Shown piece by piece: positions 24,988 through 37,637 of a stretch of 64,000 nucleotides of DNA; position 1 is the first letter of the stretch, and each line of letters begins with the position of its first letter. Below the pieces are notes generated by a model. It saw nothing but the letters and a program-made list of their open reading frames with translations, searched no databases and was not told where the DNA came from. Origin of the DNA: Sphagnum compactum (lineage: Eukaryota); assembly GCA_965153455.1 (NCBI GenBank), contig OZ234494.1, forward strand, positions 4,712,001 through 4,776,000, read 5' to 3'. A program made the translations under genes and the position numbers.

Positions 24988-27496
24988 TTAAGTACCACAT
25001 TTGTAATTCACATTGTTGTTCCAAACATCCTCTCTGCTGGCTGGGCCTCTGGCCTGGCCATTGGTAAAATTTGCCACCAACTGATCCAACCACAATTGCT
25101 TCCGACAATCCCTAATTGGCTGAACCAACAACACCCACGGTTGGTTGGTATCATGGTTTTTGAAAATTCCCAAATTCCATTTAAATTATTTCTAAATAAA
25201 TATTACAAATATCCCACGCCTAGACTAGACCAAAATTATAGGGTCTCTGAGTTCAAATCTAACATTTTTTGGGCTTTATATACGGCCACTTTATAAGAGG
25301 CCTCATTCAAAAAGGTGAACCAACATGGGTGCTGGTTCATTCTGGCCTCCAATAACCAGTGGACAAAGCCCACCCCCCCCCCCCCTGTGCCATATACCGT
25401 ACTCGCCAACATGGTAATGATAAACCCCAGTGCCCACTACCGTACGCACGCACCAACTTGGTAGGTAATGGATCCAAGGGAATTGGATGAGCCTAGCAGA
25501 ACACAGCTCAAAAGTGAGCCATGTGGATGATTCCCTACAAGATGTCAGCACTCTGATGACGCTAGTTGAACTAAAGATTCACCTAGTATCATTCTGTTGA
25601 TGGATGAATTTCATCCAAGTTGATGAGTGGAAGAGAAGAATCTTGCATCTGGTGAGAGAGAAGAAAATGAAGTCAAGAAAGACGCTTTACCAGTTATGAG
25701 CAGGTCACTCGTCTCCGTCTGCTGCGAAGGTTGCACAACTGGTTCTTCACCTGGCAACCAGTGGTACCAGAACAACTTGCAGAAGTCGTTTGCCTGATGG
25801 CACCGGGGTGTCCAAGCACCCTGCTGCCACAAAGGTTCAGGATTACGTGATGAATTCAGAACAAAACCAGCTTCTCGCCAAATGGCTTTGCCCTATATGG
25901 CAAGTTCGAATAGAAATCATGAGGAATGATGGAGGTGTATAACATACTTTTTTTTTTGGAATGGCAAAAAGGTCATGCTTGTGCTAAGCCATCGTCCATT
26001 CATGTTCATCGAATAAGAGTCTAGTGTCTAAATCGATGAACATCAATGGGCGATGGCTTAGCACAAGCATGACACAAAGGAAGGAAAATGCTAGGTGAGC
26101 TCAAATTTCCTTTGTATTTACATCATGTTGTTCACACACATGAGGAGGAGGTTTATCAATTGCTTGAAAAGATAGGTCTAATTGTCCATGCATGCATATC
26201 TAGCTTGGGGTCAGTCATCAATGAAATTTTGTGAGGCCCAAACATACCCAACATAACACATTGAAAAGTTTGGACCCATGTCAAAAGCACGGGCTCAATG
26301 TCAAAATCTTGAGCACCATGCCAAACTTGGGCCCAAGTCCAAGGGGTCCGGTGTCTTGTTTACCACCTTTACAAGGTAAGTTTTTGTGAAGAGATGTCTA
26401 AAGAAACAAGGATGGAATCTTTGTATTTGCAATTGTTGTGGAGGCAAGTCCAAGACGACTTGAGCCCAACCTTTAGACATTGAGCTTGGAATTTTGACAT
26501 GGGGCTAGACTTTTCAAATATGTTGTACTGATATGTGTAGGTCTTGCAAAATGTCAATAATCGAGGGCTAGATATGCATGGACAATAAAACCTAGGGTCC
26601 ATTGGGCAATTGGTAAACCCTGTGTGTGCCTGTATGTGTGTGTGGACAATCCAACCCGATGCAAATAGAAGTAAATTTGAGCTCACATTTCCTTGGTCTA
26701 GAGGTTGCTTCCTTGGAATACTAATTTCTTATTAGACAAACATGAATGGGCCATGGCTTCCGCACAAGCATGACCTTTTTGCTGTTCCATACTATGGTAC
26801 CACATTCAACTAATTAACTTATGGCGACAAATCAGCCAATATTTTTGAAAGTGTGGTGAACTAAGTAACAGAATAGTGGCCGTATGTACAGCCAAGGGGA
26901 CTCAGGGCAAGTACTTTACCATACAACCCTTCTCCTCTTGTTGTTAGGGATCTAGTCTAACATATGGGTTGATACGTTCCAATATGTAAGTTAGTTGGGC
27001 AGATAGTTTATCATGCAACATTTGTCATCTTGACATTAAGGTTCAAGTCGATCTTTTGGGTGCCAATGCACGATCTAGTTAGGGTGGGTTGACGTGGGAA
27101 ATTCCGGGTCTGCAGTTTTGTTAAATACTTAGGTTGGTTGGACTGCCACAGGTCCTGTAGAATTCCACCCATGCAGAATTTCACCCATGTGGTAAGTTTG
27201 TGTGGGAAGTGTAATGTAATGTAGCCTTATAAAAGGATGTCAGACTATGAGATATGAAAGTAAGCATTCATATATGCGTTTGCTTGTGACTGCAAAAAGT
27301 GATTGTAATACATAATCTAGTGATGAAGTGACTAACAATTGGGAGACCCTCCTCGAGTCTATGCTGAAAACCTGCACAACTTCATTATCCTGGGGGGCAA
27401 ATGATTGTGGAAAACAATTTAGTAATGTGAAGTGGCTAAGGATTGATTGACACTCAGTAACAGATCACTTACTCCAGTGAAATGCTGCAGAATATA
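24988..27496 (-). CDS. Speculative spliced gene fragment (possible exons 27496-27473, 25892-25768, 25111-24988); product unidentified
   Basis: AG/GT-bounded segments join in frame to YILQHFTG-GKAIWREAGFVLNSSRNPEPLWQQGAWTPRCHQANDFCKLFW-DCRKQLWLDQLVANFTNGQARGPASREDVWNNNVNYKCGT*. CpG is retained locally. Alternative splice choices exist and no start exon was found. Confidence 0.25.
25957..26789. mobile_element. TIR element with ~50-bp terminal inverted repeats and a second internal inverted pair
   Basis: TGGAATGGCAAAAAGGTCATGCTTGTGC... at 25957 pairs with ...GCACAAGCATGACCTTTTTGCTGTTCCA ending at 26789. Internal GTGAGCTCAAATTT (~26095) pairs with AAATTTGAGCTCAC (~26673). No TSD recognised. Confidence 0.7.
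25972..26073. other. Near-perfect hairpin: 41-bp stem, 20-nt loop
   Basis: Arm 25972-26012 vs the reverse complement of 26033-26073 differs at 2 of 41 positions. On the + strand these are one U:G wobble and one C:C mismatch. Confidence 0.9.
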
Positions 27497-28569
27497 CTGT
27501 GCATAATATTAATGAAATGCTGCAGGAAGTGATTGTGGAATATAATTTACAACCTTGACATGATTCAGGATTAGGTGGTTTTTTTATTAAAAACAATGAT
27601 GAAACCAGCAAAATCCTAGAGCACAGCAAATTCAAGCAGCTCATCACATAATGGCTCTGCCATTTATGACAGGTTCTTTTTTTTTCTAAACCATGAGAAA
27701 AGATGGAAAATGAACTTGATGAAAAAACAAATTCAGCCTAGAGAGTACAACTAGGTCACAGATGTCACCCCCCACACATTGGTTTTAAGTTAAAACCAAA
27801 TTTTTAACCCATATCCCTGCACTGATCATGTGAAGTTTCTACTTTCTACCCTTTGGGCAGAGCCAGTCAAAGATCACAGCCAGGGTGAACCAGCACCCAC
27901 AAACCCAAATGGGTGCAAAAATAAAGAATCTGATCCCCAATAATATGAGAAAGAACACAGTACTACAGGTCAGTTCACACCTGCTAGTAACCCAAGTGTT
28001 AACTTAGCAATTTGCAAACTTTGTTCAAATTCAACATTGGTTTTTTGTAAGTAGCATATGTGTCACTGTGGTATGGTACACTATCAAAAGTGTTGTCACG
28101 ATATGATAGTGTAAACACTAAACTATTAGTGTGTCAATTAATCTCCAAAAAAATGTACATTCATTTGCCTATGACAAATGCTAACCTATCAATCTTGCAC
28201 CTAGGCTCAAAAAATACTAATCTATCACCAAGCTTCGTTCTTGTGCATCTATCCTTTGAACTATTTAAACAACTCTCTTGTGTGCTTTTCTAAGTTTTGC
28301 AACATCTTTGCAAGGCATATATAAATAGACAATCTTTGCAACAACCCTACGCAACAAAATTGTAATGGTTTTTGGGCATGGATAGCTCAAATTTTCAATC
28401 GTAACAATAAAATTGCATGGGAAGAAGGACAAGGAGAGGCAAGGGGAAAGGGAAGATTGACTTAAATGCCACCTTGTCTAGCATGAACAAAAGTAGGTGT
28501 AGTGCCATGTGGAGCAAGCACAAGGTGAAAGAAACTATACCACTAGGAGCAACAATCACAAATGTTACA

Positions 28570-28950
28570 CCTTTGTGTTGAAGACAAGGTCACTAACTAG
28601 GAACACTCAAAGGCTTTGACATTGATCCAATGCAAGAAATTGGAACACATAGCTTTACAAGAACAAATCAATCCATATTTTCACATGTTACCTACCACAC
28701 ATAAATGGGATTAGATTATTAAAGAATTACAAAAGGTCACAAAATCAAAAGTCCCTTGCAATGGAAAAATGTGCAAAAAAAATGGAATGGCCTCAATTCC
28801 AACTATAATAAAATATCGTATTATCACACATGGGCTAATCACGACATTACATTATAAGATTTGACAATTGAAAAGTGCAACCAACATTATCTTCCAAAGC
28901 AATTTGAGAAGGAATTTTATGATATTACTCAAGCGTTTTACAGAAAAATG
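28570..28950 (+). pseudogene. Trihelix / Myb-SANT-like DNA-binding domain remnant
   Basis: Hand translation with one frameshift in an A-run gives KWD*IIKELQK...NGKMCKKKWNGLNSNYNKI...YLPKQFEKEFYDI. This matches the trihelix pattern KW..(V/I)...C..(K/R)W..L...YKKI...LP..F..E.Y. Confidence 0.7.
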
Positions 28951-30770
28951 ATGATAAGAGTGAAAGCACACTAAAGGTGAACCACTTTTGTTCAAAAAAG
29001 GTGATGGTATAAGAAATATTATAGTAAGCAATAAGTTAAAATCTTGATAGCATTATTTGGTTATCCTAAGCACAAGTAAAAAAAATTAGAATTTGCACAA
29101 CAACATTTTTGAACTCAATATGAATTTTGAGTCAAAATTCATTTTGATCCAATGATTAGATGAAGAGATTGGATAAAGTAATGTACACATAGTATATAAC
29201 TTATAATTTTTTAACGGCCATAGGGCCCTATGTTTCTGATTCATGAAATATTACCAAACAAAAGAAAATTGAAAAAATAATGCAATGCCCATCTATAAAA
29301 TCTCCTCCTCTTTGATATGGTAGTGGTTCAAACAACAAAGCGGCTTGTTGGTTTTGCCTCGCGCCAAAATTCGAAAAAAATAAAATTAATCATGGCTTGC
29401 AGTCCACTAGAATAATTTGTAATTATTCCATTGATTCCTATTCATATAGAAAATTTGTATCTTTCATTTACGTGCGAAGCTCACGCCCACTACTCGATGG
29501 TGAAAACACTTCGTCGGGGTTTTAAACAATAATCCAACTCTCATTTACTTCAATGTTGTAGAGTCAGGAAAGTGTTTTGTGTAGGATAGGTTTACGAATT
29601 TCGATGATGGCCGCTCTTTTAAAAGGGGGACGAATGCAAGGACTAATCTACTCAAATAGCCGATGATAAACAGTGAAAGAAAGCCCCTGGGTCGGGATAC
29701 AAACCATGTTCACGCCGGGGGTTTTTTCCTTTAAAAAAATAATATTATGCATTCATTATTTTTTGAAATGCAAAAATAACACATTTTTTGAATGGAAGTT
29801 CATCCAAAAACTTTAGATTTTAAAGTTTTCCTAGATTTAATTGATGTATATCAATATCATACACCATAAAAAAATTCACCTGATAATTCCATCCATAACC
29901 CTAGTTTTGAAGTATATATTCAAATTTTCAAATTCTGTGACAAGTATTATTTTGTTACGAATATATTCCATACATTCAAATTTTTCAATGTTTGTTAAAT
30001 TTTTCAAAATAATTGATTAAATGAAGTCTAAAGCTAATCAAATATACTTAAAACATGCAAAAATAATCCAAGATGTGATGTCCATACATTACCAAAAAAA
30101 TTAATTGCAGAAGGATTATATGTGTGATTACAATTTTGGGGGGTTTTAGTGTGTTTTCACCCATCAACACATTAAAAGATGTGAAAGATGGTCAATTTGT
30201 GGGAAACATTGTTTGCATGTAACTGATTTGATATAGAAGACTCTTTCACACTTCAAACATTTATGATACAAGACTTTCTAGGAATTTATTACATTCACAA
30301 AAAACGTGCAAATGAAGGATGACAAGTTACAAATGTAGGAATACAAAAAAGTCAAGTAAATTTCATAAACCCAAATGATTACTTGTAATCCAACCAAGGC
30401 AATTAGCATTGTAGTTTTGTCAATCTAGTGAAAACTTCATCAACTATAACACTTAAACAAGTCACTTAGCAACATTAATAACACTTAAAAACATGAGATC
30501 TAATGTTTTATCCTTGGTCATTGAAAACTTAAATTAAAATAACAAAGTCATTGTTAACACTATGGAACACATGAATTTCACACAATTAGAGATCAAAAAA
30601 CATAGAAACAAAGTTTAAATGTAGATAGCCAAACAACAAACAATACTCATTTCTATGAAAAATATTGTTATACTTTTAAACCCAAGTCAAATCACAACCA
30701 ACTTCTTTGTAGTGACCACATGATGAACTTTTTTAAAATTGTACAAATTTGTCACAATATATATTTTAAA

Positions 30771-31120
30771 TGCAAATGAACTTTCATTTTACATTGTTGT
30801 AGATTATTATTCCAAAAGGGTTCATTTAAAATTTGTGTGGGGGAATTATCTACTTGAAATTGTGAATTTAATGTCATTGGGAAAGAAATTGGTCCTTACA
30901 TGGACTTTTGAATGCCCTTAGAATGATTCAATTTTCAAAACTTCTTATGCAAATGAATTTTCATTTTACATTATTGTAAATTATTCTTCCAAAAAGGTTC
31001 ATCTAATTTTTGTGTGAGGGATTAGTTATTTGAAATTATGATTTTGAATGTCATTGGAAAAACATGGTAAGTAAATGAACTTTTTGAATGGCCTCAAAAT
31101 GACTCTATTTTCAAAAGTGC
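30771..31120. repeat. ~180-bp tandem duplication
   Basis: TGCAAATGAA(C/T)TTTCATTTTACATT... starts at 30771 and again at about 30949. Confidence 0.85.
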
Positions 31121-31349
31121 TTTTGAAGAACTTTTCAAAATATTTTTTGCAACTTTTTCATTCTAATATTCATCAATGTATTGATTTCTTAGATGGGTCT
31201 TTTCATTTGAAAAATAAGATTAGGCAACTCAATTATCACAGGAAGATAATGGCATTTGCGGAACACATGTTTTTAATGTTAACTTTTGTCCAAAATGGAC
31301 CCCTCATGCACCAAAATCATCCAATGTAAGTTATAACTACCCACTTTCA

Positions 31350-32170
31350 ATTTGGAGCAAGACCACAATGAGAATGGCCATTGGGAACTTGGTAATGCAA
31401 AAGATCATGATCAAAGGATCAAAAACATGAAGGTGATGGCCACTGGGACTTGGGAAGAGCAAAAACATACAATCAAAGGAGTTCAATAACATGAATACAA
31501 TGGCAAGAAAAACATGATGCTAGAGCTAAAAACACATGATAAATGGTATTCAAAACACAAAGGCAAGGCCACCAAGCCTTATAAATATATAAAAACATTA
31601 AAAAAAAATCTAAAAAGCAAAACCATGAAAGCAATGGTGATTAAGACCTAAGAAAATACAAACAATGAAAAGCACAAAGATGATGGCCACTAAGACTTGA
31701 GCAAAAGTAAACCAAAAAAACCACAAAGCAATGGCCACTAGACCTTGAACAAGAGTAGACAAGGAAAACCACAAAAACAATGGCCAAACATGCCATAAGC
31801 AAGAGCAAAATAGCATGATCAAATGAACAATACCACAAAGGTGATGGCGAACTAGATTTGAACGAGAGTAGATGAAGATCACAAAACTTGAGCAAGAATA
31901 GAAAAACATGTGACCAAAGGAGAAAAATGATGATGGCGACAATAACCAAACTTAAACAAAAGAAAATGAAGAAGACCACAAAGGTGATGTTCACTACACT
32001 CTAAGCAAGAATAAAACAACACAACCATAGGAACAAGACCACAAAGGTAATGGTGACCATGGTTTAAACAAGCCTAATATAAGAACATGACCAAATAAAC
32101 AATCTACCATGAAAGTAATGGTGACCAAAACTTGAGCAAAAACATGTGAGAAAAACCATGAAGGCAATGT
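31350..32170. repeat. Degenerate purine-rich tandem repeat (~50-70-bp units)
   Basis: Recurrent (G/A)ATGGCCACT..GACTTGAGCAA and ACCACAAAG motifs. It accounts for the spurious hydrophobic ORFs at 31610-31994. Confidence 0.7.
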
Positions 32171-32619
32171 TCAAGCTAATGTTGGGTAGTTATCACAAAT
32201 TGCCTCAAATATCAAGTTGGTTCTCATTGTGAAAATTGAAAAATACTAAATTTGTGATATTTGGTTAATAAATGGTCTATTGGTTCTCACTCAAATGAGA
32301 ATTGGGTTCTTGAAAATTGACACCCATTTTTTATTTTTTAAAATTGAAATTTGGATGGCCTTAATGGGAGAAATTGAATTTGATTTTCACTTAAGTTGCC
32401 TAAGACAAATCAATAAATGGGGTTTTTCTTCTAGTTTTCCATCTAAAGTTTAGGGATCTACAGTTGTAGGTGAAGCAATTACTAAATTCCCAAAACAAGA
32501 TCAAAACATCCTAAAAAGGAAAAAAAACATAACTAGTAGATCACCAACTTCTTTGTGTGAAAAGGGTTCACTTGTTTTAATTCTAAAAGATCATCTAATC
32601 TTGAAAAATGGCAAAACCA

Positions 32620-33400
32620 CAATGTATTGTACCAAAATGGACGTCACAAACAATATTTTTTCAATAAATGAAATTTAATATAATGTTACATAATAATTGG
32701 ATTGAATATTTTATGGTTTGGACTCAAATATGTATGGTAGTTTATATATGTAGTGAAATGTATAAAACATTTTTGCAATTAAAATTAGTTGCATAGTGTT
32801 TTTGGACTTTTAAAACAATAGATGTGTCATGTAACAAATTATGTGGACTTGTTTTCACTAAAAATGAATTATTTCCTAAATTTCAATCACATGAGTTGAT
32901 CAAACATAGCATATATGACATGTGGAAATCAAAATTCAATAAATTTTTTTAAATTTTTTTTCATGTGCACTCTAAATTGAGATATCTTTAAAAGTCCATA
33001 ATGGACATAAAAATGAAGAATTGGAAAATTTTATCTAGGAACAATATGTTTGTATTATGAATATAAAGAATGGTGTGAAACCAATAATCACATTCAATAA
33101 GGCCCAAGGCATGATGAACATCTAACAATTTTCCTATTTAAACATAACTATGATTGGAAATAAAATAAAATAAATGAAATGTAAAAAAAAATCCACATTT
33201 ATATTAACCATTATAGTTTACTTATATAAGAAGAAAATAAGCTATAGACCAAGGTGATTGAAGCATTTTAAAAAAAGTTATGAACTTTCAAAAATGAATA
33301 TAATGCAAACTGGTGGAATTGTGAGAGGGCTAACAAAGAGATTTTAAAAATTGTGTATTCTTGTGTGGACTTTGCATGTGCCACTTTTGGTCCATCGCAC
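32620..33400 (+). repeat. Dispersed repeat with a diverged direct copy at ~58690-59945
   Basis: Shared collinear blocks: TATGGTTTGGA.TCAAA.ATGT.TGGTAGTTTATAT, ATAATGGACATAAAAA.GAAGAATT and TGTGTGGACTTTGCATGT...TTGGTCCATCG. Confidence 0.8.
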
Positions 33401-35974
33401 CATGCTTTCACCCAAAAGACCTTTTCCAAGACTAGATAATAATTTTACATTGAAAAATTTTCATAACCCTTTCACATGTGAAGGCTTAGGAAAAGTTGCA
33501 AGATAAAGTGATTCACTTATAGCAAATGCAATGCTCCCAAAGTTCATATTTTAACACTAAAATGAAAAAAACATAAAAAATCAATGTTAAATGTAAATTA
33601 TGTGATGATTAATGAGCTAACAAAGTTCAAATGACCAAAACCTCAACTAAACAACTTTTTGACATAGATGTTATGAAAAAAACATTAATCCAACATATAA
33701 TTGATTAAAACAAGGAAATTTGAAAATTAAATCCAAACATGGTCATTAAAAAATCTATATTTATTTTTTAATTTTTATATTTGTAATTTTTTTCTAATTC
33801 ATGTATTTTTTTCCTAACATGTATCACATATTGAATCATTATAAAACATTTTGAGATGAAATGATATTTGAATTTCATGCAAATTTGAAACCAAAGTCCA
33901 TAATTCCACTAAAAAAAATCATTACTATATGTTTGGTGTATATTGATTGAATTTCATCATTATGTACATTTTTTGTATTTAAGTTGGCAATTTTAATCCA
34001 ATTTCTTTTCCACATCAATAATCTTCCCATAAATGTTTGTGGCATTTGAATAAAATACATTCTACAAAAAATCTAATGTGACACATAAAATGAGCCACCT
34101 TATCTTGCAAATTTGGTATGCTTTCATTTATGCACATTTTTGTTTATAATTTGGCACAAAGTACAGTATACTATGACTATGATACAAAAGATTGTTTGGA
34201 GGGTTGTTGAGAACCAAAATAGCAAGGTGTACATTGAATCATCGATTGGTAATGTCCTTTGTCTATTTATAATTAATAATCTAGTTGCTCATCTTGCAAA
34301 TACAAGGTTCTCCAACATTAAACTAGGGTTTCAAAAATCCTAACGAAATTTTAACATGTGGCTCCCAATATTTGAATTATAAGTATAAACAATAAGTTTT
34401 TTAGATTTTTTATAGACATCACATGCCAAAATTGGTCCACCTTAATGTGCTAATCCCCAAACATAAAGTGTTAATTACCATACTAACATTGTAGATTTAG
34501 TAGACTAATGTTGAATATTTAATATATTGTTTCTTTAAATTCCAAGACAATCATTAAGACTTAACTTTTTACTCTAAAAGTGTAAAGTAGGAACAAGGGT
34601 TTGAAATCCCACTTGTTAATTAACTACATAAATGTTTCAATAATTTTTCAAATTTTCAAAATTTTGTTTCTAAAAATTAATTACATTCAAACGTAATCAC
34701 CTACTGCAATCTTTACAATATGCCCTAATGAAAAAAATGATTTTCAATTGTGATGAACAACAAGTTTACTATTATTTTGACTTGATTTTACTTGTTGAAT
34801 TAAAAGATATGTAAATGTTTTTGTAAAATATCACAACTAACTAGTGAAATTATTGTGGAAAACCCCAAAATTGTGCCTTCTTAAAACATCTTTAAAATTC
34901 AACTAGAAGTAAATGTAATGTTATGTTATGTGGTGGTACACTTTTGCAATTCAATTACATTGAAAAATATATGTTTTTAGGTTTTTGCTCCTTTTGTTAA
35001 CTTGTGTACCATGCACTTGACTATCCAAAGCCCTTTTTTTCCTAAATCATGTTATCTTCTTGATCCTTAACATTATTTCATCTGTAGGCACTTCTTTTAG
35101 TTGGTCTTTTGTTTCCATCACCAACCCCTTGAGAATAAAGATCCTAATCTCAATCAACTAAATTTTATAGTTGTTAAGGAGTGAAAACTTTCAAAACTTT
35201 GGTATTTTATGCCTTTGTTAATGATTGATATCAAATTGACAAGCTTTTAGATTTTTTTCATGTTGATAGAAGTAGTTTTTAAGACAATGACCCTAAGAAG
35301 TCACCAAAGGTTCAAAACGGGGTACCGACCAATTCTTTGGTCAATATTGCCCCTATCAAAAGTTCCTTGAGAAGATTTGTATCACCTTTCAATAATAGTA
35401 TAAATATTTGACTCTATTGCATTCAACTTTCAACTCGGAGTAATGTCTTAAGGTAGTCCTAATCGTTTTTAGTGATTGTTTTCATTATAATACAACTTAT
35501 CCCAAAAACCAAAAAAAATGTATGTTCTTTTTAGTACTTGGACAATGTCATTTTCTTAGTAAAATCTTGTTATTTATTTCATTATATGTTTGTTATTTCA
35601 ACCATGTTTGAATCTACTTAGTTTTATTCTTGAGAAGAAAAGAAACATGTTAGTTTATGCAAAAGAATGAAGTAGTGAATTTTCCAAAAAGTTAAAATTT
35701 GTGAGTATTTTTCATTGCCTACTAAATTATTTTTGGTAGAAGCCAATTGAGTTTTTTACATTACAAAACTTTTATTTGAAGTAATGGGATTTCAAACCCT
35801 TGTTCCTATCTCTATTTTCTTTACAAAATCATTGCAAAATTATTTTTTTCAAAATTTTAGAGTCATTCAATAAGGTCTTTTTTAATATGAATATTTAAAA
35901 ATTATATTTAGATTTATATATACTTGCAATCATTTCACAAATCATTTTTACATTTAGACCATATGAACATATTA

Positions 35975-37045
35975 ACTCCCCGGGAAAAAAAAGTCTAAGT
36001 TGTTCCCCATGCAACTTAATCTCCTTCTCCCTAAAGACATGAATCTTCCAGGGAAAAAAAAGTTTAAGTTGTTCCTTGGGGCAACTTAAGCTCCTTCAAC
36101 CTGGGGACATATTGTTCCGGGCAAAAAAAGGTTTAAGTTGCTCCCCAAGGCAATTTAATTTTCCTTCTCCCAAGGACATGATTGTTCCTTAAAGAAAGGC
36201 CCAAGTTCCCCAAGGGAACATATGTTCCAAAACTTTTTGCAATCATAGTCATCTCATATATATGCTTGTGATCATTGGAAAGGTCTCAAGGAAAGCCACA
36301 ACTTTGTAGTTGAAAGCACTTCAATTAGAACTCACATGAAAAAATTTGTGTTCATATAAAGTTTTAGACACATTTGCTCTATGAGGCAACATCGTTGTTC
36401 CCCATGTGCCCAAGGAACAACTTAAACCATGTTCCCCCAAGGAGCAAATATGTTCAAAACTTTGTGTGGTCATAATTATTGCATATGAATTTCAATTGAA
36501 TTACTTCCAACTACAAAGTTGTAGCTTTCCTTGAAACCTTTCCAATGATAGGTTGCAAGCCTATCTAAAAACACATATGAAATAATTGTGATTGCTAAAA
36601 AATTTGGAGCATATGTTTCCTTCGGGAACTTGGGCCTTTCTTCGGGGAGGTTCATTGTTGCCCATGGAAGTTGATTTTTCCCTAGGAATAATCATGTCTC
36701 AGGGGAGAATGAGTTTAAGTTGCCCTAGTGAGCAACTTAAACCTTTTTTTCCATGGGGAACAATCACGTCCCCCAAAGAGAAGGAACTTAAATTGTAGTG
36801 GGGAACAAATGTGTTTGAAATTTTGTTTGATCGTAATTTTTGCGTATGAATTCTAATGAAGTATTTCGGACTACAAAGTTGTAGCTCTGTTCGAGACCTT
36901 TCCAATGATAGGTTGCAAAACTATATAAAAATAAATATGAGATGACTATGATTGCAAAAATATTTAGAATATATGTTTCCATGGGGAACTTAAGCCTTTC
37001 CCTAGGGAAAGTACATTGTTGCCTAGGGTTGCTTCTTAAGGGCAA
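35975..37045. repeat. Modular foldback repeat: ~60-65-bp subrepeats plus a ~200-bp module in three copies (one inverted)
   Basis: 36195-36395 is the reverse complement of ~36430-36642, and a third copy lies at ~36800-37010. Flanking AAAAGTTTAAGTTG..CC.....GCAACTTAA subrepeats occur in both orientations. Confidence 0.8.
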
Positions 37046-37637
37046 CTAATTAGAAAAACTATTTAAATGTTTTATAAAAAAATTCATCCATTTTGTTTGT
37101 AAAAAAAGACAATTCGAAAATGGATTGAACCTTGGACCTTTGGGTTGAAAGGAAAATTCTAACCAATACATCATTTTATTTTTCTTTTAAACTATTATGT
37201 AACAAAGATACTTACAACATTAATCATTATGCAACTATAGTAAAAAAAAAGTCTGAATTTTCTTTTCATGTTAGACATTGTACGATAAATGCATTGAATT
37301 TGATGCCACATTTAATGTGTTGCTATTTTAAATGTGTGGCTATCACACATACATAACATCACATGTTTCTTTTTTACATAAACATACGAGAACAATACTC
37401 AAAATTGACATAGAGGTTGCATCAAATAGTTCTTGCATTATAGGATGTTTTGTACAAAATTGGAGTTATACATTAATTCATGTCCAAAATTGACCACCCC
37501 AAAAAGTCCTTGAGTATGTTGTTGATGTTTCATCAATAATGACTACAACTACTAATAGACATTAATTAACTTTAACCATATGCAATTATTTTGCCATTGT
37601 TGGCTTTGTTAGTTATTAGTTTACTAAAGCCTAGTTT

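Noticed and set aside
29271-29765. MITE bounded by AAAAAATAATG(C)AATGC inverted repeats
   Set aside because: The TIRs are short and low-complexity and no TSD was found, so it is not called.
31610-31994. Hydrophobic membrane-like ORFs
   Set aside because: Antisense translation of a purine-rich tandem repeat.
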